From the NCBI GenBank assembly GCA_002269645.1, contig NIVC01002348.1, positions 1 through 37,009 of the forward strand: DNA of 37,009 nt. The letters run 5' to 3'. Origin of the DNA: Macrostomum lignano (Eukaryota). The notes below the pieces were generated by a model. It was not told the DNA's origin and ran no database searches. It was given only the letters and a program-made list of their open reading frames with translations. Numbering within the stretch: position 1 is the stretch's first letter; the number at the start of each line of letters is the position of its first letter. The translations under genes were made by a program, and so were the position numbers. Of this stretch, positions 1 to 10,710 are shown in pieces.

Positions 1-745
1 CCCAAATAGCAAGCATCCCCCAGACTGCAAGCATCCCCCAGACTGCAAGCATCCCCAGACTGCAAGCATCCCCCAGACTGCAAGCATCCCCCAGATAGCA
101 AGCATCCCCCCGATAGAAAGCAACCCCAGATAGCAAGCATCCCCCCGATAGAAAGCAACCCCAGATAGCAAGCATCCCCCCGATAGAAAGCAACCCCAGA
201 TAGCAAGCATCCCCCCGATAGAAAGCAACCCCAGATAGCAAGCATCCCCCAGATAGCAAGCATTCCCCAGAGCAGATCCCCAGATAGCAAGCATCCCCAG
301 ATAGCAAGCATCCCCCAGATAGCAAGCATCCCCCAGATAGCAAGCATCCCCCAGATAGCAAGCATCCCCCAGATAGCAAGCATCCCCCAGATACCAAGCA
401 TTCCCCAGACCCCAGATAGTAAGCATCCCCCAGATAGCAAGCATCCCCCAGATAGCAAGCATCCCCCAGATAGCAAGCATCCCCCAGATACCAAGCATTC
501 CCCCAGACCCCAGATAGTAAGCATCCCCAGATAGCAAGCATCCCCCAGATAGCAAGCATCCCCCAGATCGCAAGAATCCCCCAGACAGCAAGCAAACCCT
601 GAGCAAGCATAACCTGGATACAAAGAGACCTTATAGATATCTAGCAACCCCCTCTCAGATAGCAAGTACTCTCCACCCCCAGAGCAAGCATCCCCCTGAT
701 AGCAACTATCCATCCTTAAATAGCAAGCATCCACCAGAGAACAAG
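1..745. repeat. Minisatellite, ~18-bp unit (GATAGCAAGCATCCCCCA), degenerating after ~600
   Basis: Directly visible tandem copies of cagatagcaagcatcccc from base 1; runs off the window start. Confidence 0.95.
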
Positions 746-789
746 TAGCTAGTGCAGCAATTTCCTTAGCTTTATAATGGTTCCATTTT

Positions 790-3700
790 GTTTGGCATGA
801 CACTTCTTTTTATGTTTGAAATGGTGTCTCTTTTTTTTTAAGAGGTGGCTCTTTAATGTTTGACATGGTGGCTCTTTAATGTTTGACATGGTGGCTCTTC
901 TATATTTGTCATGGTAGCTCTTTTGTGTTTGACAGGGTGGCCCTTTAATGTTTGACATGGTGGCTCTTCTATGTTTGACATGGTAGCTCTTTTGTGTTTG
1001 ACATGATAGCTCTTTAATGTTTGACATGGTGGCTCTTCTATGTTTGACATGGTAGCTCTTTTGTGTTTGACATGATAGCTCTTTAATGTTTGACATGGTG
1101 GCTCTTCTATATTTGACATGGTGTCTTCTATATTTGACGTGGTGGCTCTTTTGTGTTTGACATGATAGCTCTTTAATGTTTGACATGGTGGCTCTTCTAT
1201 GTTTGACATGGTAGCTCTTTATTGTTTGACATGGTGGCTCCTCTATGTTTGCCATGGTGTCTCTTCTATGTTTGACATGGTGGCTCTTTTGTGTTTGACA
1301 TCATAGCTTTTTAATGTTTGAAATGGTGGCTCTTTAATGTTCGACATGGTGGCTCTTCTATGTTTGACATGGCGGCTCCCTTATGTGTGACATGGTGTCT
1401 TTTTATGTTTAAGGTTTGACATGGAGTCATATATGTTTGACATGGTGGCTCTTTTATGTGTTTTATCTCTTTTATGAGTAAACAAACAAGCTTTTTAATG
1501 TTTGACATGGTGGCTCAATAATGTTTTGACATGGTGGCTCAATAATGTTTTGACATGGTGGCTCAATAATGTTTTGACATGGTCTCTCTTTTATGTTTAA
1601 TGTTTGACATGGAGTCACATATATGTTTGACATAGTGGCTCTTTTATGTTTGAGAGGGTGGCTCTTTAATTTTCACCATGATGGCGCTTTAATGTTTGAC
1701 ATAGAGACACGTATAGTATATGTTTGACATGGTGGCTCTTTTATGTTCGAAATGGTGGCTCTTTTATGTTCGACATGATGGCTCTTTTTTGTTTGGCATG
1801 GTGGCTCTTTTATGTTTGACATGGTGGCTCTTTTATGTTGACATGGTGGCTCTTTTATGTTTGACATGGTGGCTCCTTTTTGTTGATATGATGGCTCTTT
1901 TATGTTCTACATGGTAACTCTTTTATGTTTGATACGGTGGCTTTTCAATGTCTGACATGGGGGCTCTTTAATGTTTGACATGGTGGCTCTTTAATGTTAG
2001 ACATAGTGGCTCTTAAATGTTTGACATGATGGCTCTTTTATGTTTGACATGGTGGCTCTCTAATGTTTGACATGGTGGCTCTTTAATGTTAGACAAAGTG
2101 GCTCTTAAATGTTTGACATGATGGCTCTTTAATGTTAGACAAAGTGGCTCTTAAATGTTTGACATGATGGCTCTTTTATGTTTGACATGGTGGCTCTCTA
2201 ATGTTTGACATGGTGGCTCTTTAATGTTAGACAAAGTGGCTCTTAAATGTTTGACATGATGGCTCTTTTATGTTTGACATGGTGGCTCTTTAATGTTCGA
2301 AATGGTGGCTCTTTTATGTTTGACATGGTGGCTCTTTAATGTTTGACAAAAAGTCACTTATATGTTTGACAGAAAGTCACTTATATGTTTTACATAAAGT
2401 CACTTATATGTTTTACATAAAGTCACTTTATGTTTGACATGGTGGCTCTTTAATATTCTACATTGTGGCTCTTTAATGTTCGACATGGTGGCTCTTTTAT
2501 GTTTGACATGGTGGCTCTTTAATGTTTGACATGGTGGCTCTTTAATGTTAGACATGGTGGCTCTTTAATGTTCGACATGGTGGCTCTTTAATGTTCGACA
2601 TCGTGGCTCTTTAATGTTCGACATGGTGGCTCTTTAATGTTCAACATGGTGGCTCTTTAATGTTAGACATGGTGGCTGTTAATTTTTGACATGGTGCCTC
2701 TTTAATGTTTGACATGGTGGTCCTTTTATGTTTGACATGGTGGCTCTTTTATGTTCGACATGATGGCTCTTTAATGTTTGACATGAAGTCACATAAATTT
2801 TGGACATGGTGGCTCTTTAATGTTCGACATGGTGGCTCTTTAATGTTCGACAAGGTGGCTCTTTAATGTTAGACATGGTGCCTCTTTAATGTTCGAAATG
2901 ATGGCTCTTTAATGTTTGAAATGGTGGCTCTTTAATGTTTGACATGGTGGTCCTTTTATGTTTGACATGGTGGCTCTTTTATGTTCGACATGGTGGCTCT
3001 TTAATGTTAGACATGGTGGCTCTTTAATGTTCGATATGATGGCTCTTTAATGTTTGACATGAAGTCACATAAATTTTGGACATGGTGGCTCTTTAATGTT
3101 CGACATGGTGGCTCTTTAATGTTCGACAAGGTGGCTCTTTAATGTTAGACATGGTGGCTCTTTAATGTTAGACATGGTGGCTCTTTAATGTTCGACACGA
3201 TGGCTCTTTAATTTTTGACATGAAGTCACATATATGTTAGACATGGTGGCTCTTTAATGTTCGACATGGTGGCTCTTTAATGTTAGACATGGTGGCTCTT
3301 TAATGTTAGACATGGTGGCTCTTTAATGTTAGACATGGTGGCTCTTTATGTTTGACATGGTGGCTCTTTAATGTTCGAAATGGTGGCTCTTTAATGTTCG
3401 AAATGGTGGCTCTTTTATGTTTGACATGGTGGCTCTTTAATGTTTGACAAAAAGTCACTTATATGTTTGACAGAAAGTCACTTATATGTTTTACATAAAG
3501 TCACTTATATGTTTTACATAAAGTCACTTTATGTTTGACATGGTGGCTCTTTAATATTCTACATTGTGGCTCTTTAATGTTCGACATGGTGGCTCTTTTA
3601 TTTTTGACATGGTGGCTCTTTAATGTTCGACATGGTGGCTCTTTAATGTTAGACATGGTGGCTCTTTAATGTTCGACATGGTGGCTCTTTAATGTTCGAC

Positions 3701-4730
3701 ATCGTGGCTCTTTAATGTTCGACATGGTGGCTCTTTAATGTTCAACATGGTGGCTCTTTAATGTTAGACATGGTGGCTCTTTAATGTTAGACATGGTGGC
3801 TCTTTAATGTTAGACATGGTGGCTCTTTTATGTTTGACATGGTGGCTCTTTAATGTTCGAAATGGTGGCTCTTTAATGTTCGAAATGGTGGCTCTTTTAT
3901 GTTTGACATGGTGGCTCTTTAATGTTTGACAAAAAGTCACTTATATGTTTGACAGAAAGTCACTTATATGTTTTACATAAAGTCACTTATATGTTTTACA
4001 TAAAGTCTTTATGTTTGACATGGTGGCTCTTTAATATTCTACATTGTGGCTCTTTAATGTTCGACATGGTGGCTCTTTTATGTTTGACATGGTTGCTCTT
4101 TAATGTTTGACATGGTGGCTCTTTAATGTTAGACATGGTGGCTCTTTAATGTTAGACATGGTTGCTCTTTAATGTTCGACATGATGGCTCTTTAATGTTT
4201 GAAATTGTGGCTCTTTAATGTTTGACATGGTGGCTCTTTAATGTTAGACATGGTGGCTCTTTAATGTTTGAAATGGCTCTTAATGTTTGAACATGGTGGC
4301 TCTTTAATGTTTGACATGAAGTCTATATGTTGACATGGTGGCTGCTTTAATATTCGACATGATGGCTCTTTAATGTTTGAAATGGTGGCTTTTTAATGTT
4401 AGACATGGTGGCTCTTAAATGTTAGACATGGTGGCTCTTTAATGTTCGACATGATGGCTCTTTAATGTTTGAAATGGTGGCTTTTGTAATGTTAGACATG
4501 GTGGCTCTTTAATTTCGACATGGTGGCTCTTTAATGTTAGACATGGTGGCTCTTTAATGTTCGACATGGTGGCTCTTTAATGTTTGACATGGTGGCTCTT
4601 TAATGTTTGACATGGTGGCTCTTTAATGTTGAACATGGTGGCTCTTTAATGTTCGACATGGTGGCTCTTTAATGGTCGACATGGTGGCTCTTTACTGGTC
4701 GACATGGTGGCTCTTTAATGTTTGACATTG
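790..4730. repeat. Large satellite array, 23-bp unit (GGTGGCTCTTTAATGTTTGACAT), with internal higher-order duplications
   Basis: About 4 kb of tandem 23-mers. The variant block AAAAAGTCACTTATATGTTTGACAGAAAGTCAC recurs at ~2348, ~3449 and ~3931. ORFs called here are repeat translations. Confidence 0.97.
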
Positions 4731-4784
4731 TGCTTTTTTGTGTTTAGCATTTTGTGTTTTTAAGGTTTTTGAATAAAAAATCTT

Positions 4785-4855
4785 TTTGCACTACTAAGAT
4801 TCGAACCCAGATCGCTGCATTAGCAGTCCAGTCTGTTCGCATCTATGCTATCTCT
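4785..4855 (-). pseudogene. Degenerate tRNA-derived sequence (tRNA pseudogene or SINE head)
   Basis: Minus strand reads ...GGACTGCTAATGCAGCGATCTGGGTTCGAATC..., with a B-box (GGTTCGAATC) and a Ser(GCT)-like anticodon loop. No intact acceptor stem or D arm is visible. Confidence 0.4.
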
Positions 4856-5633
4856 TTTCAATTGGAGATCATGAATTGTGGCCCTTATAATAAATTCTTA
4901 TAGCAAATCGGTTAGAGTAAAAAGTTATGACATAATCAATTTCTCAGTCAGCCAGTATCAGTCTCAATTTAAGTTAGCAATATTGTTACGCAATTTAAAT
5001 CAAGTTTTGTGTGCATTTGTTCGGCACTGTTTTCAACTGGTTGTGATGTAATCTTTATCACAATTGGAATTCAGTCAGTCAGTTTTTTCTCTAGCATTCT
5101 TACAATGCATTTCAGGTCGAAAGAGCTGCTTGACCTTTGCAAAGAAGCATGTTTTTCGAATATTTAATCCCTTTAATATTGAGCAATTTCTTAGCCAGGA
5201 TGCATGTACCGTGCCAGGAAAATTTCTGATCAAATGGTGCAAGTTTGAAGAAAATCGGTTGAGCCAATTTTTTTGAAATCTATCGCATACCGACAGACAA
5301 CTCATTTTTAGTATATTGGAAGATTTAGTATATTTAGATAGTAGCTAGTGTTGACTGCTAGTTCTTTAAATTATTTTTACCTTTCCATCCGGCTACTCCA
5401 TAGCCATCTTGGCAGTCAATTTTATATGGAAATCTTTCTTTCACTAACGCTTCAGTGCCTTCTTGCGAGGTAATGTCTCTCCTTTCAAGTACCGTTCAAT
5501 TTGATAAAGTTTTCTTGAAGTAATACCAAAACATTTTGGCAGTTTTTTCCTTGTCATAAATTTCTATGCACAAAATTTTAAGTCACGCCAAATTTAAACA
5601 GACGAAGTTAAACAAACTGTACCTATTTTTCAG

Positions 5634-5902
5634 TCTGAGCAAACTCAGCGAGACCGGTCAGCTCCAGCTGCTATTCGACAAGTACAACAAGCCCGACTCT
5701 GATGACCAGTGCAGCGAAGGCGATAGTGACGCGAGCTACTCTGGCGCCGAGTCAATCGGTCTGGACACGGTGGCCGGCTGCTTCGTTGTCACGCGGCTGC
5801 TTCTTTGCTGTCGGTCTGCTTCTGCTGGCTGGCGAGTTAGTACTGGCGAGACTGAAGCGGCTGGACTGCTGCGCGAACACTCGGGTCGACCCAGCGGAAT
5901 GA
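5634..5902 (+). pseudogene. F1: orphan terminal exon (S2 end, M4, C-tail) of an iGluR-like gene; +1 frameshift
   Basis: Acceptor TTTTTCAG at 5632-5633; about 95% identical to F2 exon 12 (15515-15782). Extra G near 5793 (GTCACGCGGCTGC vs GTCACCGGCAGC). No upstream exons found in 1-5600. Confidence 0.85.
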
Positions 5903-7182
5903 ATGTCTGTGACTACTGAATCACCCAGCTATGACTGGCATTACTTTGAACAAGTTTATTAAGTCCTCTTATTGAAACGCAATACAGCGTCAAACAAACA
6001 ATGCAATCTAAATCATTCTGATATATTTTTTCACTTATTTTTTACTCATACAAGCAAATACTCCATGATCAGGAATCCCTGATCTAAGACTACAATTCAA
6101 AGCAATTGACAAATGTTGTGAAGGAGTGCTAAATTGCAAGGTAGTTTTGAAAGTGCCTCAGAGAATTACTCGTAGGATTGAGAGAACATTTACCTCTATA
6201 TGATTCATGGGAGCAATTGTAGCCCACCTGAAGTGTGCATAGGGAATGGGGCGTGAGAGACACCTCAGCCAGGGACTACTCAAAGTAGTCTCTGACCTCA
6301 GCCTCTGGCAGAAGAGAACTAGCTAGCTATTTTAAAATCGTTTTTTTAATCGGGCAATCATACAGTCGCCCATAATTAATTGGTGAGCTTTTTAGTAGGA
6401 ATCCTTTTTCTCCTTTCTACTTAAGATAATTTAATCAGTAGTTTGCTTTCAATCAGTAATTCTTCGTTTTTATATTATAGCTACTTATAAAAACCGCGGT
6501 ATTTGCAGAAATTTTGCTTCAATCTGGGCCATATAGATTTGGGTCAAAGTGATAGAGAGGACTCGTACTGATGCAACAAACCGCATTGAAACCAGCTAAG
6601 ATGCTGAGTAAGTAGCTGTTAAGAAATTAGTCAAATTAGTAGAATATTAGTAGAATTCTAATATTCAAATATTAGTAGAGTTATTGAATTGAAGCTGCTT
6701 AAAATGGCTTTTTAAACCTGAGCAGAGGCTGCAAGCATGCGCCTGCTTCATGAGAGATTCTACTAACGAAATCTTAGTAGGCTTAATTGAGAAAACAAGG
6801 CTTATAATAGATATAGGCTATAGCCGCATTTACAAATTCAGAGCATACAAATAGCGAGAGGAAAATTTAGATTGGTAGATATAAGTGAGTTGTCAATACG
6901 CCGCTTCACGTCAACCAATGCAAGTTCATTTCGTCATTTTACACAAAATACATATTTTGAGTACTCGTACTAACACAGCTTTATTGCCTCATGAAAATAT
7001 TGGACGGAAAAGGCGTTTTATTTTTCTAGTAATCCACGCTACTCGTAAATATTCAGTCTAACTTTCTTATACTAAAGATTTCAACTTATAAATCCTTCAG
7101 TGGTCATTGACACACTTGCCATTTTTTCCGCCCAAAAACAGGTTGTCCAAAAACTGCAAAAATCGATCGAACATCACGTGTT

Positions 7183-7670
7183 TCACCGGTAAATCAGCCG
7201 GGCTGCGACAAATTCTCCAGCAAGCAGCGCCAAGCCCATCGCGTAGAAACAGCCGGCTACCGCATACGGACCCGCCACAATGCCTAAATTAATCGCATCG
7301 GCGGACCTAGCGTTGCTCGAGGTTCATCTGACACAGGCCACACCAGTCTCCGGCTGGAAGTATCTCTGTTTCAGCATCGGGATCTGGCCTGCCTCGTGTA
7401 GTTGGCGCATGCTGAATAAAATTTGCAGGGTTGCGACCAACCTCTTTGACTGATCAAAGCTCTAGTCTTCATCGCTAAATGAAAATTCGCTTACTAGTAG
7501 TTGATAGCCTTTCCGTACACAGCATCCTCTGGCATTATGAAGGCCACAGTCGCGGCGTTGAAAACTTCCTCGGCTACCAGCGACCAGTACCAGCGACTGC
7601 AGTTCATTTGCACCAGGTATTCGATCAGTGCTACGTCACCCATGCAAGCGACCTTGTTGTTATTGTCCAT
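7183..7670 (-). pseudogene. R1: last two exons of an iGluR-like gene with a premature stop
   Basis: Exons 7495-7670 (167+9 nt; in-frame WSL insertion) and 7183-7411 (229 nt). In-frame TGA at 7324-7326 where R2 has AGA (19963-19965). Upstream exons not found. Confidence 0.88.
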
Positions 7671-8479
7671 CTGTGGGAGCAACAGAAAAACAAATGATCG
7701 AGGGAGCGCTTTTAAAATCCGCAGTTGCGGCTGTCGTTTTGAAAAAAAACTTCTTATAAACCTTATATTTTGCAGCGCACATTTCAAACATTAAAAAGGC
7801 TTAGAAGAACGCTTCAATAATTCGATCTCTAATCCCCTGAAGAAATCAGGGAGTTTATTGTCGTTTATGAGTAGAAATAAAACTCAAGTCTCGAAAACTT
7901 GACCTCTTTACCCCATAGTTATCATCAGGATAAGCATGCAAATCAAAACAGACGTGTAAATGTAGGATTCAATACTTAGTTTTGAGTGCAAGACAAACCA
8001 AGTATTGAGTAGTATTGTAATCTTCGTATATCGTGTTACAATAGACAGGAATAGACGGAGAAGGTTGATAATGCTGATCATTTCTGCATGGAAGTCGATA
8101 CTTAGACCTGATTTCAATGAGCTCAAAATTCAAAAGGCTGAGGTTTGAAGGCTGAGAAAGAATTTATGAGAGAGCTTGCTGCTGGCAACCTCTGTAGGGA
8201 AGTTTTTGCTTGGAAGTTCGAAGTTAAACTTCCGAATGAATGAACCAAAATAATCATAACATATCATAAATAATATCATATCATGGGCAATGAACTGATA
8301 AACTGTACGATTTTTAAGTGCTTTTACTCTTTTGCTATTACACGAGTTAGAACTACTCATAACAAGCATTAGAAGACCCATTTGATTCCTACGAGAGATT
8401 TCCGTCAAAATATAGGACTGATGCTCTTGTAAAATTGTCTTGATGCATTGATAAAAAATTGTTGTACACAGGAACTACT

Positions 8480-8715
8480 ACATTCTAGAGACGGGGAAGG
8501 TCGGGGATTCGAATCCCTATCACACTAAAACATTTGTGTCCTGGAGCAAGACGCTCAACTCTGCATTGTTTCAGCACACAATTCTTGTGAAATGCACCAG
8601 AATTAGGAATTGAGGCTTTGTGGCGACTGAACAGCCCTACGCAGCCTTCAGAGTCGGTTACTAATCTGCCCATTAGGGCTGGTGTCTTCAAATCTTATCA
8701 TTATTCATTATTAGA
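8480..8715 (+). mobile_element. Probable tRNA-derived SINE
   Basis: B-box-like GGATTCGAATCCC (~8505-8517), then TGTGTCCTGGAGCAAGACGCTCAACTC resembling conserved SINE central domains (V/Meta type), and a TTA-rich tail at ~8695-8713. A-box unclear. Confidence 0.5.
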
Positions 8716-9152
8716 GAGGAAACTAGCGATTAATGCAGAAAAGTTCTAGAGGCTGCAATGTTTTAATTTTTTCCTATCGGTTCACACATATAGCACAAAA
8801 TCTTTTAGTCTTCTTAACTACTGAATTCAGCTTCCGATAAAATTCTTCTACACACCAGCTACACGCTGATCAGACTGCGTGTCTGGCTTCAAACAAAATG
8901 AACGTTTATCAAAGAAGCAGACCGTCCGAGCCTTCACGAGCCAAAAGATAAAAGCAAACGTGAGAAATGAAGTATTGCACTTCCGAATTTTATCGAGGTA
9001 AGTCAGAGGTATCTGTCAGCTTTTTTTAAAAAACTTTGATCTCGCTAGTTCCCCGTCCCTTGAAATCAGTAGTCCTGGACAAATATGAGCAACAAAACTG
9101 TCCATCATTTTAAGCTTTCTTTCTGAAGCCATCTCTTGGCCGCTCACTTATA

Positions 9153-9659
9153 TACGAGGGGCACTGAAAAGGTTCTGAGCCTCGGTGTGACGGAGAGAGA
9201 ATTGGGGCAAATACAACCAGCTTTTTTTCTACCAAGATGCACTTTTGTGACATTTTGATCGCAGTGCTTCGATACCACTCTGAAAAACTGCGTTGAGCAC
9301 CCCTCGATCCAGGAGGTCGCAGCATCCTCCGGTGCATCATCAGTGTTAAATCGCTGCCCACGGAGTGCCCGCTTGAGATGCGGAAACAGCTGTGAAATTC
9401 GCTGGGGGCAAGGTCTGGTGAATAGGCAGGGTTGTGGCAGCTCTGATTCCCTGACAGCTGCTGTCTTTGTCAGTCCACTGGTGTGGGCAGGTGCGTTGGT
9501 CTGCAGCAGCACTACACCACGGCTCAGCACTCCCCGCCGATTCTCCTTGATTGCCTTGAGGCCTTGAGGGCAATCAGATCGGCGTAGTAGGCACCCGTGA
9601 CTGTCTGCTTGTGCGGCAGAAAGTCCAGCAGCAGTGGGCTTTTTTTAGTGTCCCTCGTA
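9153..9659 (-). mobile_element. Internally deleted, degenerate mariner (irritans-like TIR), ~500 bp
   Basis: TA-CGAGGGGCACTGAAAA at 9153 and inverted TA-CGAGGGACACTAAAAA ending at 9659. The minus strand encodes broken transposase pieces LLLDFLPHKQTVTGAYYADL, LLQTNAPAH (HDNAPAH-like) and YSPDLAPSEF across frameshifts. Confidence 0.88.
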
Positions 9660-10332
9660 AGAACTTTCATACCTGAGGCTACCCCTACGCTATTTTTTGA
9701 GGCAGGGAAATTGGCTTTGGAATGATTAATACTTGTAGGACACCTACCAAGGATGGGGTCTGTCCCAAAGTCAAGTCTGCCGCATCTTCGACCGACTGCG
9801 CTCCAGCTTTGATGGGTCAGACGGTCTCGCACTGCTGGCAAGAAAATTGCAATTGTTGAGAACCCGATTGAGGTGGGCGGACATCTCATGGAGAGGAAGG
9901 TTGTAGAAGACATGAAAAGACATATTGATGAGATATGCAGCATGTAGTGTCTGCTAGGTGGGGTCCCATGCTAGGACAACGTATGTGTCGGTGAAGAACA
10001 AGGATCACCTGGCAGCACTGGCATCCAGGTGCTACCGCACCAAGCCTATTTGCCAGATTTTCCAAAAAGTCAAACCTCGGATCCGGTTTCTAACTCCGAT
10101 TTTTTGGGTGTCGTTAATTTTCCTTGTGTTAGGTGCGATGAGAAAACAAGTCCACTGTGAACTCTGTGTTAGTATGTGCTCACGTACGGTTTCTTTGCCT
10201 TTTATGACTCGCATGACTGGCTGACAACGTCTTGAATTAACTTGACTTATCGTAAGGCGGATGCAGCGAGGAGGCGGAGATCGCCCATTGAGCTAGTTCC
10301 TGGCGACCAATGACTTCCGCTGGCTGACACCA

Positions 10333-10420
10333 TTGTTGTTGGTATTATTGTTTTTGTTGGTGTTGTTGTTGTTGCTGTTGTTGTTGTTGTTGTTTTTGTT
10401 GGTGTTGTTGTTGTTGTTGC

Positions 10421-10463
<43 letters not shown>

Positions 10464-10480
10464 ACTGTTGTTGTTATCAT
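10333..10480. repeat. (GTT)n microsatellite
   Basis: Directly visible; explains the poly-Thr and poly-Leu ORFs. Confidence 0.97.
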
Positions 10481-10588
10481 TGTTAGTGAAAAAACAAGGT
10501 TTGTTAAAAAATTAGCACTTAATAAAATGATATTCGCTTTAGATAAAGCTTTAAAAATAGTTTAAAAAGTTGCTAAATGTTGCCTGCA

Positions 10589-10614
10589 ATTGGCTAGAAT
10601 TTCTTATTGGCTAG
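10589..10614 (-). promoter_or_regulatory. Two tandem CCAAT-box-like motifs upstream of F2
   Basis: ATTGGCTAG at 10589-10597 and 10606-10614, about 100-120 bp before the ATG at 10711. Motif only; no TSS evidence. Confidence 0.25.
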
Positions 10615-10710
10615 CATGGTGCATATTTACATTAAAAAGCCTGATTCAGCTCGAGTTACCACTCAAAAAATACTCGAAATCCATTGCATCAATAAATTGA
10701 CGGTCCTGGA

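Larger units (their letters stand above)
5605..7900. repeat. Segmental duplication: F1/R1 tail-to-tail block homologous to ~15490-20560
   Basis: Exons and adjacent UTR/intron are near-identical. Spacers are alignable but clearly more diverged (6330-6520 vs 18720-18950), and the second copy carries large insertions. Confidence 0.85.

Noticed and set aside
749-4110. ORFs such as MSNIEEPPCQTLKSYHVKH repeats
   Set aside because: Translations of the 23-bp satellite; no splice context or non-repetitive coding signal.
790-4730. CRISPR-like array
   Set aside because: Units are head-to-tail with no unique spacers, there are no cas genes, and the context is eukaryotic.
4785-4855. Functional tRNA-Ser gene
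   Set aside because: Anticodon loop and B-box only; stems do not pair and the long variable arm is missing.
4860-5340. Possible non-autonomous DNA element (GAAAATCGGTTGAG and GACAGAC motifs)
   Set aside because: Suggestive of common invertebrate repeats, but no termini or second copy to support a call.
7324-7326. TGA as selenocysteine, readthrough or an alternative genetic code
   Set aside because: Paralogs have Arg or Gly here, not Cys; TGA is the normal stop of F2, F3 and R2; no SECIS evidence.
9660-10320. Coding-like GC-richer segment after the mariner
   Set aside because: No recognisable motif in any frame; multiple stops.
10247-10515. Poly-Thr and poly-Leu ORFs
   Set aside because: Products of the (GTT)n microsatellite.
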